Below are positions 38,206 through 50,702 of a DNA stretch of 64,000 nt, piece after piece (position 1 is the first letter of the stretch; every line of letters begins with the position of its first letter). Source of the DNA: Microthyrium microscopicum (Eukaryota); assembly GCA_010405405.1 (NCBI GenBank), contig MU004232.1, positions 1,259,481 through 1,323,480 of the forward strand, in the 5' to 3' direction. The notes below the pieces were generated by a model that was given only the letters and a program-made list of their open reading frames with translations, searched no databases and had not been told where the DNA came from. A program made the translations under genes and the position numbers.

Positions 38206-40577
38206 GGTTCTGGTTGCAGGTGAGAAGAACAAAGGGTAGTGTTGGACGATAGTACTTGAAGGATGGTAGTAAAAATGAAGAATGGGAGAGGAATTGGGAC
38301 ACTTCGTAATTAGGGGAGGAGGGCTTAGGAGAATGATAGTAGGTGATAATATCGAATCAAGTTGATGGATGTACCCCAACTTACCCTCAGGGCCTTAGTA
38401 GATTGCTATATGAAACGATCATCAATCTTGTTAATGTATTCACAACAACACCAATCCGATTGGCTAAAAATTCCCGTTAGATTTCATTTAAATGCTTGTA
38501 TAGAAGGATTAGCGCATGGTGTACCATGATCCACTTCTATATACAGAGTCACTTTAGGATCTGGCGAGACGTATGATGCAGGTACAGCATTGTAATGATC
38601 TAATACAGATTCAAAAACCCGGGGCATACTAGTGGTCCACGTCACGGGAGGCAAAGGAGTCCCAAGGCCAACCAGGTTTAAAGCCAACTGGATTCGAGAA
38701 GCTCTCAAAGTAATAAAATACGGCTATTTATGAGCCAGTGTTGAGCTTCCAGCCTTCCGTAGGGGAATTAGTAGTGGCAGGCAGGCATGGTGAACGGACG
38801 AAGCTGAAGGGATGACCACACAGCCACAAGTAAAGTGGAAGCAAGTACTCCATATTGAGCTGCAGTAAGGATAATCGAAGTATCTTACTGCCAACAAGCC
38901 ATATATCTTTGATCTGCCGATTGTCCGGCAATAGTAAGTCTGCCTCCTTGCTGGCCTTTCCAGGTACATCCTGATTGCTTGTATCTTTTCTTGATAATTG
39001 ATATCAGTCTTGTAGAAATATACGCTGTGAGCATCCTTATGGAGAGCAGGTATATGAGTAGTCACAAGGATTTGGTAATTAGAGTCTTCGACATGTCTGA
39101 CTTATCTGCCCTCGATTTGCATGACTTTTAGACAAACTAACAAGTAGGAGGAATGACGAGAATCCTCAATGTAAAGCATTATCATCAAGTCGGGTTGAAA
39201 GGCTGTCTCGATTTCTTAAGTTTTTCCTCAGCAATACTCGGCTGAAAATAAGTTTAAATCAAAAAAACCTGCAGCACTTCAGATCGAGAGAGGGGACATT
39301 ATCTCCCTCAACAAACTCAAGGGGCTTGAAAAAATACTACTATCAAAGTCCAGTGTCAGTGCCTCTGTTAAGATCTTTGTCTCACTAAATAGTTTAGAGA
39401 GCGAGACTCTCGTTTGGCACAACATCACTACGAGAATCAGTGTCCTTTACCAATTGTTGCTTTACTTTGCTTGACGGGTCATACACCTTTCGGAACTGAC
39501 AATATCCTCAAGTTGCTGCAGCACTAGTATAAATTTAGCCCTTGGATAATACTCAAGGCTCTTGACAGAGGTAAAGTCTTATCACAGCTAGCAAAAGAAT
39601 GAAATTCCTAAAGAACAGTATTGCACGGTTGGTATTGATCAATGATCTTTTTTGTATGCAATCATGGCGAAGCCGCCTACCAGATCATACATGTTTCCCG
39701 CCAGTTTCCTTTGCCATTTACAAGAACTAAAGACCTATATCTGCAAAAAAGGCATTTGTCGAGGTTAGGTACCATTTGTCGGGGATGTTCTCATCAGGCT
39801 GAACGCAAGGCTGAATGGCCTGTGCTTCACCCAGTCATTTCCACCCAGCGAACTTTGCGAAGCCAACCTCACGTCAACACAAGTTCTCATACATAACATA
39901 ACAGTGTCAACTTCACTGTTCGGAGACTTCAATCATGGCATCTACGCCATAGATTGCCAGTATAGCCTGCCAAACCTGCCGGTACGTTGATGTCGCAGGA
40001 GATGCCGATCAGTTGTATAACGAGCGCGTCACAGGAGGTTGAAACGAAAATGTCCTAGAGAGTTGCCATCATGTTCGCTGGTCAGTCGCATAATTCACTA
40101 TCGAGCTTTAGGAAAACAATGGCCTGTTTTTCTTTGGCTGCTTGATGTCCTCGAAATGTCCGATACCTGGCTCGTCAATACGCGGCTTTTGTAATCAAAA
40201 ATAACATTGGCTATCAAGATCCTGTATAGCGTTCCAAGCGTTGCCAGTTTAGTTGAACTGGGAAGCCATATTTTGTTCTACACCTCTGTTGAAGGGAGTT
40301 GATCATGCGTGGCAATAACTGCATTGCCAGATTTTCACGTTGCCATTTCGTGATACTAATTAGAGTCAACTATAGTGTCTTCGACTAGGAAAGATCTGCC
40401 AGTATCCTTCAGCCACCAGTTCTCGGCGTGATAAATCTCTCAGACAACAGGCGACGCAGCGCAACGAAGAGACTCAGGTTCCTGATCGTCACTATCATCT
40501 TGCCACGGCTACGTCCTATACTGCTTTGGAGATCGTAGTAGCATCGGCCTCGCCATTCCCTAAACTATACTTACTAG

Positions 40578-40805
40578 ACTCGAAGGCGTTCGCCACGAAT
40601 GGCTGCCGAGGATCACACAGGGCAACCTGGGGATGTAAAGAAACTCGTCAAGATTACTTTGGATATGGTGCGACGGGAAGGTATTGCTGAAGACAAAGAA
40701 GTTCCATTCCGACTTCCGCTGGGCATTGATGCTTATGATGAGACCTTGAAATTTTTGAGTGACTGGAAAGAAACCATCAACGATGTCAATCACGACAGTT
40801 TGTAG
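40578..40805 (+). pseudogene. C-terminal remnant of an SDR oxidoreductase
   Basis: QPGDVKKLVKITLDMVRREG..EVPFRLPLGIDA resembles the QPGDP...P.RLPLG.DA tail of fungal SDRs; no Rossmann N-terminus found upstream. Confidence 0.55.
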
Positions 40806-41044
40806 GCTAAAATAGCAATGAACTCAGGATGCAGTGTTTGGGCAAGACTTGCTGCGACGTGTTCTTTCACTACTATCACAGACAGTAATACAATTGCAAG
40901 GTAGAGTGATGATAGCTCGTTGTGTTATCAGCCCAGGAACCAGAAAATACAGCCTTTGCAGAATGATATATGACGTCCTCTCGTATCCGATTTTCCTGAT
41001 TGTTCATGGAACTATCAATCTGATTAACATCAGACTTGCGCCTT

Positions 41045-43435
41045 TCAAAGGGCTTTGAAAGTAAGAGTCGAATCAAGATCGGAAAACATGTCATTCCAAT
41101 CGAAGTTCCCGACGTCAATCCCTTCAACAAAATTCTTATTTAGCTGCTCAAAGTATGAGCCTAAATCGTCATTCCACGCGTCGTCTGTGATCATTGTAAT
41201 ATCCGTACCATCGCTTACTCCAAGCGTATCTATAGAGTTCTGAAGGTTGAACCCTTCGTCAGGACGGTCGGAGAAAGATCTGTTATCAACTGTTGGCTTT
41301 ACAGAAGCCGATTGTGTCCTGAAATGTTCGCATGGGATTCCTCGTTTGCTGAAAATCTTTTTCAAACACTCGACGAACTTTGCGGCGGTTTCGGACTCGT
41401 GTCTAGCAATCTCTAGTATTTTCAAGGCTCCGACAATTTTCAGCCTGTCCTTCTCAAAGTTGGGCGAGGTTCGGTTCATGCACAAGTCCATGAGAAGGAC
41501 AATGCTTGCCATAAACATGCCCACTTGAAGCATCGTAAATTTGAATCGCGAAGCTGAACCAATACTTGAGTTGTGAAGCTGAAAAGAGTTAGTGGAAGGG
41601 AAAACATCATATCATTTTCTTGTTCCCAGCAAATCTCTGGTCAAGGACATGGGGATCCTGCTTACCCAAGTCTCCAATTCCACGATAAGACGCGCTGACT
41701 TTACACAGATCTCGCGCGATGTAGAGTAAGACGGATTGACGAAGCCGCGGCTGTAATAGGGGAGATGCAACTTGCATCGCTGTGAAGAAAGCATAAAATG
41801 AAACATATATCTCTGGTGTAAAAGATCATTGGCTTGCGATTGGTCGAGTTGGTACATCTCCTTCAGTTCTGCTTCACTCATAGACATTGAAAAGAATTGA
41901 GGAACGTCATTTATGAGCAGCTGCAACTCGGTATCAATGTCCATAACGTCGTCATGACTCAGCCCGCCGCTACCAGCCATTATGAGAGGCGTACGATCGA
42001 CGATTTTGCGAGATATTTCCCCTAGACGGATTCTGTACAATGAATATGACATAGGCGTAGGCTGAGAGAGCGGAAGCTCGTTCCGGGTCATGCCATCGAA
42101 TATATCCTCATCCCGAATATTGAGAGGCTTCTTCGTAATCATTTGACGAGGATGACAGGAGTAGATTCCTTCGGATATGTCTTGAAATCTGGCTGCTGCG
42201 GCCCTACAAAACGGTTATTCTTATTACTTTGTTCATGTCTTCTCACTCACCAGTCAGAGGTACATATATACCACCAGAGTCTTCTTCCCATTTCCGCTTC
42301 GGCTGTGTTTGCTCTGTCTGCATTCGACGGATGATCTATTCGATGAAGTCCCAAGTCTCGGGCTAGCATAATTACCAGAGAAAGAAGTGCCCTGGAGTGC
42401 CGAGTGAAGCCTTCTATATTTGCGAGAGCGAAGAAGAAGATAATAGTCCCCTGTACACCCTCTATTGATATGCTTGCTTCTCGATGTGCCACATCAATCA
42501 CATCTTGGGAAGCTTGAGCCCAGATCTTAGACTGCTCATTTGCTTGCGCGGAGGTACTAAAAAGACCCATCACGCAATCTTCTCTTGTCCAGCAATGGGT
42601 AGCACTCGTGAATATTCCTAAAAGTAAGATGACATATCCAGACTTTACATGACCCTGCGATCCTAAGCCTGCGTAGACATCGTCAAAGATTCGAGCTAGA
42701 GATGGTATGTGACAAATGTGATGAATGTGATTGATGTCCCGCAGGTACTTCTGCAAAAGGACTTTAGCTTCGCTATAGAGTGGAAGCCAAATACATCGTG
42801 AAGGTTCACTAGAAGGTCTTTCATGGCGAAAAATGAACTTTGGCTTTTCTGTTATTTGTTGGATGTTGCAAGTCCGAAAAACGATATTGACTGTAGGTAT
42901 CGTGCTGGGCTAATCGTTCTTAGCATGATAGATATTTATAGTGTATAATATTAAAAGACAAGCCTCAAGGACCTGCTCTCGATTTCAGAGAGCACCTTTT
43001 GGATTGCGAGGTGGTGGACATAATGATAACTGGACCGGAATTGAATAAACGCGCTCCACTTACTGTCAAACTTTTATTGGAATATATACTCTCCAAAACA
43101 GCGACATCATTTACCAACCCTTCAATTTGAGGTGATGAGGCAGACCTCAGGACCTGAGACACTGGACTTGTGCTTTCGTCTGAAATCTCTTTGGGCTCCA
43201 CTTCAACTGAGTGTTTGGATATCAAGAGCTGCTCAAGCCTATTTAGGCGTTCAATAATCTCAGAATCCGAAGCTGTTTGCTGCGGCACCGCGATTGTAGC
43301 CTCCAAATCGCATTGAATGCCACGAGAAACGCAGTTTGAGCACGGCGCTACTCGAGAGCATCGTAGCTTTCTTTTGCGGCAAGAAAGGCAAGATACCGGC
43401 CGTTGGCGGGGCAGCTTTTGTAGGTCTCGAGGCAT
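41045..43435 (-). CDS. Zn(II)2Cys6 transcription factor with fungal-specific TF (MHR) domain; 4 exons
   Basis: SCLSCRKRKLRCSRVAPCSNCVSRGIQC; ARDLGLHRID, EMGRRLWWYICTSDW, KPLNIRD and CKLHLPY motifs. Confidence 0.92.
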
Positions 43436-44849
43436 TGGAAAAATCAATTCGGAGAGTCCGAAGGAAATTGTGATGTATATTCGATGAAAAGATTCAGGAA
43501 GACATTTACGGAGACCCAACCCGGAAAGTCCGTGGAGACACCGAGACGGATGAACAGTATGCAAGATTTTCAGGGGTACGTTTTTTGGTGTTGCACTCTT
43601 CAGTCTCGACCAACTCAACTACAAGCGACCAAATCTTGCCAAAAATTTCGTTTTCTCAAAGCTGTGACTAATTAACTGAAAATCAATTTGATTAAAGATA
43701 CTTGTGGTCAAAAAAAGAAAAAGAGCTGCATTGCAAGATCATTGTTTACCCAAGGACTCGGAAACCGCTATACAGGAAGTCAGGAACCACTGCTGTTCCT
43801 ATATTGATGAACATCGGAAACCTGTGAGAAAAGTGGCTGGCTAGTTGCTTCTCCCAGTACAATCAACTTGGAGGAAGAATGGAAAGTTCACTAAAGAATA
43901 ACAAAAGCTAAAATCAAAATCTGAGCTATCAAAACTTCAAAAGAGTGTCGGATGAATTACACGAAAGTTCAAGTTTGAAGCTTGATGCAACTTCAGCGGT
44001 GAGCACTAATCTCTCGAAAACTTCGGAGTATTCTCTATCTGCAAGATTTATGTGGTGACGAGCCGTTATTCCCAACATATTCTGAGCTTCAAGGGAATGC
44101 AAATTGTCACTGTAACCCGGCTGATGAGAATACATTACACGGGAAATGTCGATCTACCCCATTCTGCGCGAGACTCGTAACCCGATGGAAGAGGGACTTC
44201 GACGCAGAGTAACGTAAGGCAAGCAGGGCCATGGCGAATGGCTGAGTCTGGATGTTGTTGGATGTTCAATTAACCATGAGCTCCACGAGAGACGCCCAAA
44301 GTAGCAGTTGGACTTCTGTGTGTGATTGGAGTTGTGAGCGTATCACTGACTCGTCTCCTGGTAATACATGACGTCCCCAACTATAACATGAAAGGATTCG
44401 GATATTGCCGCAATCCTACGGCAGGCGACGAATGAAGTTGCAAACATGTCATTCTTATTGCTCCTATAATGCTGCTATAGGCTCATTCGTTGAACAGATG
44501 TGCGAAATGTATGTACGATATTCTGAGGAATATTCAAGGATTGGCACTTGAAAGGGTTGCTAATTGCCTGGGTTTACGCTTCATGACCGCTCTTTTTCCA
44601 GCTTAAGATTCGATTTTCAAATCCTACGACTCCTAGACACCACTTTATCCAACAGAGCAATTGATATCACGAGTCAGTACAGTGTAGTCTACAGCGTGGT
44701 ATCGTGTTGAAAGGAGTCGTTGCAAGATGTATTTAAATCATGCTTCGACCATCAGTTGGAAGCTTCAAATCCACGCTGATCAACTCCAGAGCAATCCTTC
44801 AGCATCAATACTTGAGCTTTTAATCTAACTCTCACTTTTCGCATACATC

Positions 44850-45188
44850 ATGCGCTCCTCCATCCTCTTCAGCCTTTTGCTTGGCTCACTGACTCTGGCC
44901 ATGCCAAACCCCGACCCACAGCCAAATCCTGTGGCTATTCCCGCTCCCAATAAAGTTGAAGCTGCCAAAAGACAGGTTCATACTGAACACCCGGCATGCC
45001 AGAACTGTAACCAATGTTGTTATATCTGCAGCAACTGTCCCTCTGAAGGGGGAGTTGAATCCAATTGGTACGTAAGCCGCGGTGCTTCAAGCATGAAATA
45101 TTTGTTGACGTTCTCAAGCCGTACATCTTGCAATGTGCAATGCTCCATCAGCCCTGGCTCTTACGATCCATTGACAGTCACTTGCTAG
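44850..45188 (+). CDS. Small secreted cysteine-rich peptide (signal + Pro-rich propeptide + Kex2 KR + 54-aa mature with 10 Cys); intron 45068-45118
   Basis: MRSSILFSLLLGSLTLA-MPNPDPQPNP...AAKR/QVHTEHPACQNCNQCCYICSNCPSEGGVESNCRTSCNVQCSISPGSYDPLTVTC after splicing. Confidence 0.8.
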   Translation: MRSSILFSLLLGSLTLAMPNPDPQPNPVAIPAPNKVEAAKRQVHTEHPACQNCNQCCYICSNCPSEGGVESNWYVSRGASSMKYLLTFSSRTSCNVQCSISPGSYDPLTVTC

Positions 45189-45894
45189 TGTAAAATGTCA
45201 AGACATGCTTTTGGGATTTAATGTCGTCTCTTGAATACATGATGATCAGTATCATGTCTCTCTTATAGTCAATCAATAGCCTATAGGCAAAGGATTTCGA
45301 CCGTATTGTTTTCTGCTCAATAATACCTAGATATTCATTAGTGATAGCCTAGAATATTGAGAGCTCCCTATCATCAATCCGGCTTCTTGAAGAATACTCT
45401 ATCAGAGTTGCTCTTTCACCAAGCCTACTGGAGATCTGTATTGATACTCCTAAGTATCCCGACAAATCACATGTGGCCATGTCTTATGTCGCATTGTTTA
45501 TCGCCGTGCTCTTCATGATTTGCATGATTTACAAGGCCGTAGTTTAGATAAATCGTACAAATCCGAGCTCTATTACCCTGTTCCTACAATCCGTTCGAGA
45601 TAAATATTTTCAATAACGGTAAGTGGGTTTCGAAGGCAAGAGTTACCCTGCGCCATCACGAGTTGAGCACCTGCACAATATTTGATGTCATCATGTATGA
45701 CGGCTCATGACGGAGATGCACCAACAAACCCTCCGACGTTTTCTTTGGTTCCTTACCGTAGTATCTAAAAACTTTATACATCTTTAAACAGCTTCAAGTC
45801 TCTACCTCAGAAAGAGAAGACTAATTGAGCCTCTGACTTTCAAGTCACCATCGTCATCGACACCTTTCCCAATAAGAGGCAGCCCCACTTAAAA

Positions 45895-47180
45895 ATGGTC
45901 AATATCTTAATGTGAGCTCGGCTCAACTTTTTGGTCATGTTGATACTTTGCTGACCAAAGATTCATAGCATCGGTGCTACCGGATTTATAGGCGGGGATG
46001 CACTGTACGCCATTGAAAAGGCATACCCCGATGCGGACATCACTTGTCTGGTACGAAATAGTGACCGAGGAGCTGTCGTGGCCAAAACCTATCCGAAAGT
46101 AAAGCTGGCGTATGGCTCTTTAGATGATTATGATATCATCAAGGAAGAAGCTTCTAAGGCAAGCATTGTGTTGAGTTAGTATTCCCCCCAGAGACGAAAG
46201 AGAAGGTTCAATGCCTAGCTTGCTCTATTACTGTTCCTAGCTTGCTCTATTACTGTTCCTAGCTTGCTCTATTACTGTTTCTAGCTTGCTCTATCACTGG
46301 TGTGAAGAAGCATATAATAGGCCCTGCATACTTACTCCCCAACGGATTAAAGGCTGATGATAATCCAGACTGTGCCAACTGCGATCATGAGGGAGCAGCC
46401 AGCGCTATTGTTGAAGGCCTTTCACAGCGCGACACTAAATCTTTCATCATCCACACTTCAGGTACTGCCATATTGTGTTTTGCCGACATGGGTAAATCCA
46501 TTGGAGCCGCATCAGACAAGATATACAATGACTGGGACGGCATCAAGGAAGTGACGAGTCTACCAGACGACGCACCGCATCGCACAGTTGACAAGATCAT
46601 TCTTGCTGCCAACAAGACATCGGGAGGAAAGATCCAAACAGCCATTGTATGTCCTCCGACTATTTATGGTCCCGGTCGAGGCCCAGGAAATCAGAAAAGC
46701 GATCAGATCAACAAGTTGGCCAAGGCATACATGGAAAGAGGCAATGCGTTCATGATCGGCGATGGATTGAACAAGTGGACCAGCATTCATGTGCATGATC
46801 TAAGCGATTTGTACCTCAGACTCCTCACAGAAGCCGTTGATGGCGGAGACAAGGCAACCTGGAATGATGCAGGATACTACTTCGTAGAGAACGACGAATT
46901 TGAATGGGGTGACACTCAGAAGAAGGTTGCCACAGAAGTACATAAGCTGGGCCTAATCAAGTCAACGGAAATGGAGAAGATCACTTCTGTTGAAGAAGCA
47001 GACAAACTGGGTGGTTTCTGGGGATACAACTCAAGATGTCGAGCTTTGAGGGCTAAAAAGCTATTGGGTTGGAGTGCGAGTGGTGACAGCTTGGTTAGTA
47101 CTCTGCCAGCAACAGTCAAGGTCGAGGCTGTGGATTTGGGACTGGTCAAAAAGGGCTATGCGGAGACAGTAGAAAACTGA
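45895..47180 (+). CDS. NAD(P)-binding epimerase/dehydratase-family (extended/atypical SDR) protein; introns 45912-45968 and 46175-46368
   Basis: IGATGFIGGD, LVRN, IHTSGT, APHRTVD, IVCPPTIYGPGRG and WTSIHVHDL motifs. Confidence 0.88.
46214..46300. repeat. Intronic 22-bp minisatellite, about 4 copies of CCTAGCTTGCTCTATTACTGTT
   Basis: Three perfect copies plus one degenerate copy, no spacers. Confidence 0.92.
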
Positions 47181-48220
47181 GGCTCATACCTGGAGGAAAG
47201 ACACCGTCTTGTGGTCTTGTGTCTGATGGGTCGCAATGTTGAACAAAGCACGATGTCGATGTTGTTGTTATTGTACCTCCGGGATCTTCAGGCAGTATTT
47301 AGACTTGGTAAATGTTCCTCTGATATGGATGTTGTGGTTTCCTCTCACAGACGAATATCAAGCAACCTACACGTTCTCGTGGGAGAATCACAGGTACATA
47401 TGCAACATTCCTTTCTGCAAAGGCGTCTGATATTTGCTGAACTTTGCAAAGCCTAAATGCGAGTCGATGCGATACGTGCCCAAAACACCCTGGGGCCCCT
47501 GTGGGTCATTGACGCTGCTTTTAGCCCCCAAGTTTCTGTGTTGCAGCTTGCCAGCCTGGAGTCAAAAGAAGGCTTAAAGGAGGTGACCTTGAAAGATGAA
47601 GGTGGTGGCTGCCCCTCATAGTGTGGCTTGATAAAGCTGTCGCTTGTGGACAAAAGTGGTTGCGTTTCTCACTCCGCGTCCGCGTCTGGATATCCAGTTC
47701 GTGATAGCAAGCCATACAACTCAATATCCATTCTCTAGCATTCAGAACCGTCTTGGACTCCTGGAATTTGTGTTATTCAATCTTGATTTGGCCAGCGCCT
47801 TTTCTGTTCCGAATCATCCGGCGCCTCACTCATCGATTTACCACCTTGCCGCTTGACGTTGTTCAAAATGAGGAAAGGTTTTGGGGCCAAAAACCTCGTC
47901 AATCGCTGGGCCAGTATCGGGCTCATGATCGACCAATGGCACAACTTACATCAAGCCAAAGATCCAAACCTGGACCAAATCTTTTAAGCCTTCATCCAAA
48001 CGGTAAAAGCCACCAGCTCTGGCTGGTCTCAGTTGTAAAATAATCTTTAAGATGTAGGCTCAATCTTTGTGATTCTACCAACCCCAAATCTACTTCTCCT
48101 TTAACCAATTTCTGTTTATCTTTTGATCAAAGCTTCATCGTTACTATTTGTATTGCTTTTTAACTTATAATTCAACTTCTGGCACATCAACAGGTTTGAT
48201 AGCCAGAACTCAGTGCAGTC

Positions 48221-50459
48221 ATGCAACAACGATTGTCATCAACGCTGGCAGTGGCACTATTATTACAATCTGTTCTTGCACAATACGACCCTGTAGCGAA
48301 TTTCTGTAAACGGCTGGATCATCAATGTAATATAGCCTGTAATCCAGAAGTAAAATCGAAAAGTAGATACTGACATGAGCGTTTCTAGCTGCTATAGTCA
48401 ATGGCAAACTCTACATCGACGGCGGGCGCGAAGTATTTACAAATTACGCACCAAACGGAACAGATATAGGGCCACATATTATTGGACCCAGTCAGTAACA
48501 ACCTTTCACTCTGGGTATAGCGGTCTTGCTTACCATCATAGATGAATACCTCCTATCTCTAGACCTTACGAAAGGCTGGAGCGCATCCGATCCACTCCCC
48601 ATCATTACAATCACCAAAAACACATCCACTCCCTTCTTGTCGCGCGGCGCGTTATTTCCTAAAGGAGATGGCAGCGACAACTTCTTCCTGTTTGGCGGTA
48701 CAGTCGCATACGACAACAAGACTTTTGCCAATTTTCAACTACCACAGCCAGAAGGGAATCCTATTATTGGATATGGCGGCGCGGCCGATTCATGGTCTCT
48801 TATGCCGGAGACTATCTTGAGAGCGTGTTCCGGGTCGGCTGCCGTACTACAGGATGGGAGCAAGGCTTTTTATTTCAATGGTGAACAGGACAATGGCAGC
48901 AGCGAGGAATCGATCAACCTGTTGGATACGACTAAGTTCATGAATGGCATGATTGAAATGGACTTGAACAATCCACAGTCTTCTGGAGGAGTAAAGAATC
49001 TGTCAACTTCAGCTGTCAGTAGCTTGGCCAGAGTGAGAGGTTCAATGGGTAAGCTCCCATGAGTATATTCGAGTATAAATCAGACGAGACTGGTAGAACA
49101 CTTGAGTATTTCAGTTGATCTTTAAAGATAGGATGCTAACGGATGACAGTTCACGTTCCATTACCAGGATCCAAAGGAGTGTTAGTCCTCCTAGCAGGTG
49201 GTGAAAAGTCTTCTCTCGATTCACAGCATGACTGGAAAGGTTGGTAATATTGAGATCAGTTAGTGAACAAGGGACTAAAAAGTTGTATAGGCACGCTTGT
49301 TTCCATGCAAACGGTCCAAGTTTTCGATGTTGGATCTATATCTGCCAGCAGTCCAGACGGTAAATGGTATAAGCAAACCACTTCAGGAGTCGCCCCCAGT
49401 CCTCGCCTGGATGCCTGTATCACTGTAATGGCTGCCCCAGACAATTCGAGCTATAACGTGTATGTTGAAACTCCTTTGCTGCCACATATATCGCTAACAT
49501 ATTCAGGTATATGTACGGTGGTCGAGACGGACTGAACGCATACTTTGATGAGCGTACGTGTTTCCTTTTCCCATATGATCAATTCATTCCCAAGAGACGT
49601 TATCATACTAACAACGTCAGTCTGAATTCTCAGTCTACCATCATTCAAATGGGTCAAAGGCTACAGTGGCCCCAATCCTCGCTACTCCCTGACTTGCCAC
49701 GTAATCGGTCCTCGCCAAATGATGACCATCGGCGGCTCTGAGAACTCTACCGTCACAGCTCGCTGCGATCCGGTAACTCAAGGCATTCGTATCCTCGACA
49801 TGACTCTACTCAACTGGGACGTAGCCTTCAACCCAAATGTTCCAGCCTACCAATTACCCATGGCAGTAGTCAACGTAATCGGCGGAAAGTAAGTTTAATA
49901 ACACTCGTATCAGGAGCATTACTAACATACACTTAGTCAATCAGGCAGCGCAAACATCACATCACCCACCGGCGGTTTCCAACAAAAGGGTCTCCAAGAA
50001 CTCTTCCACCCCGGCACCACCAGCAAAGATGCTGACCCATCCACCAACGGCTCCAGCGGCGCTGGCAGCAGTAGCAAGAAAAAGACACCCGTTGGCGCCA
50101 TTGTGGGCGTAGTCATCGGCGTTCTTGTGCTTCTCGCCGCCATTGCAGCTCTAGTATTTGTCTTACTGCGTCGCAAACGACAGGCCCGGCAGGCTGCTAT
50201 GGTAAAGGACGCTGCTGCGGGCAATGAGGTTTATGAGATATCAAATGGGTCGCTGCCTCTTGCAGCTACCAAGCTCCCATCACCGGCTGTGGTGCATGAA
50301 ATAGATGCTCCGCCGCCGAAGAGCGAGCTGTTTGGGGATTCGCCGATGGTTGCGGAAATGGATGCATCATCGAGAGCATCGAGTGCGAGGTCAAGAGCAG
50401 GAACAGTGACTGGGGGGCCGCCGACAACCACGACGGTAACGGTGACGGTAACTCACTAA
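48221..50459 (+). CDS. Secreted kelch/beta-propeller protein with single C-terminal TM helix; multiple introns
   Basis: Signal peptide; FCKRLDHQS..VNGKLYIDGG, LDLTKGW, FLFGG, WYKQTTSG..PSPR..AC, YMYGG, WILSLPSFKW; TM GAIVGVVIGVLVLL..RRK; cytoplasmic VHEID/ELFG/EMDA motifs. Confidence 0.85.
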
Positions 50460-50702
50460 GGTTCGAAGATTAGAAATACTGCTTGGCCATCGGCGTCGAA
50501 GCTTTACGCGAGATGTTGTTTCTCGGTAATGGAACCGCTATCTGTGTAATGCTGGAGGGAAGGATAATTGCCTAGGTAGATAGAAATTTACTACATTTCG
50601 AAAACCAATTTGTGCTCGATTCTAGAAAGCCTTTTCTATTTGTAGTGTTTTCTATTGGAATACCTCAAGCGCAAGAAGCCGATGCTGTGCAAATGCTTCA
50701 AC

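Noticed and set aside
46214..46300. Possible CRISPR-like array
   Set aside because: Head-to-tail repeats with no spacers, inside a eukaryotic intron; no cas genes
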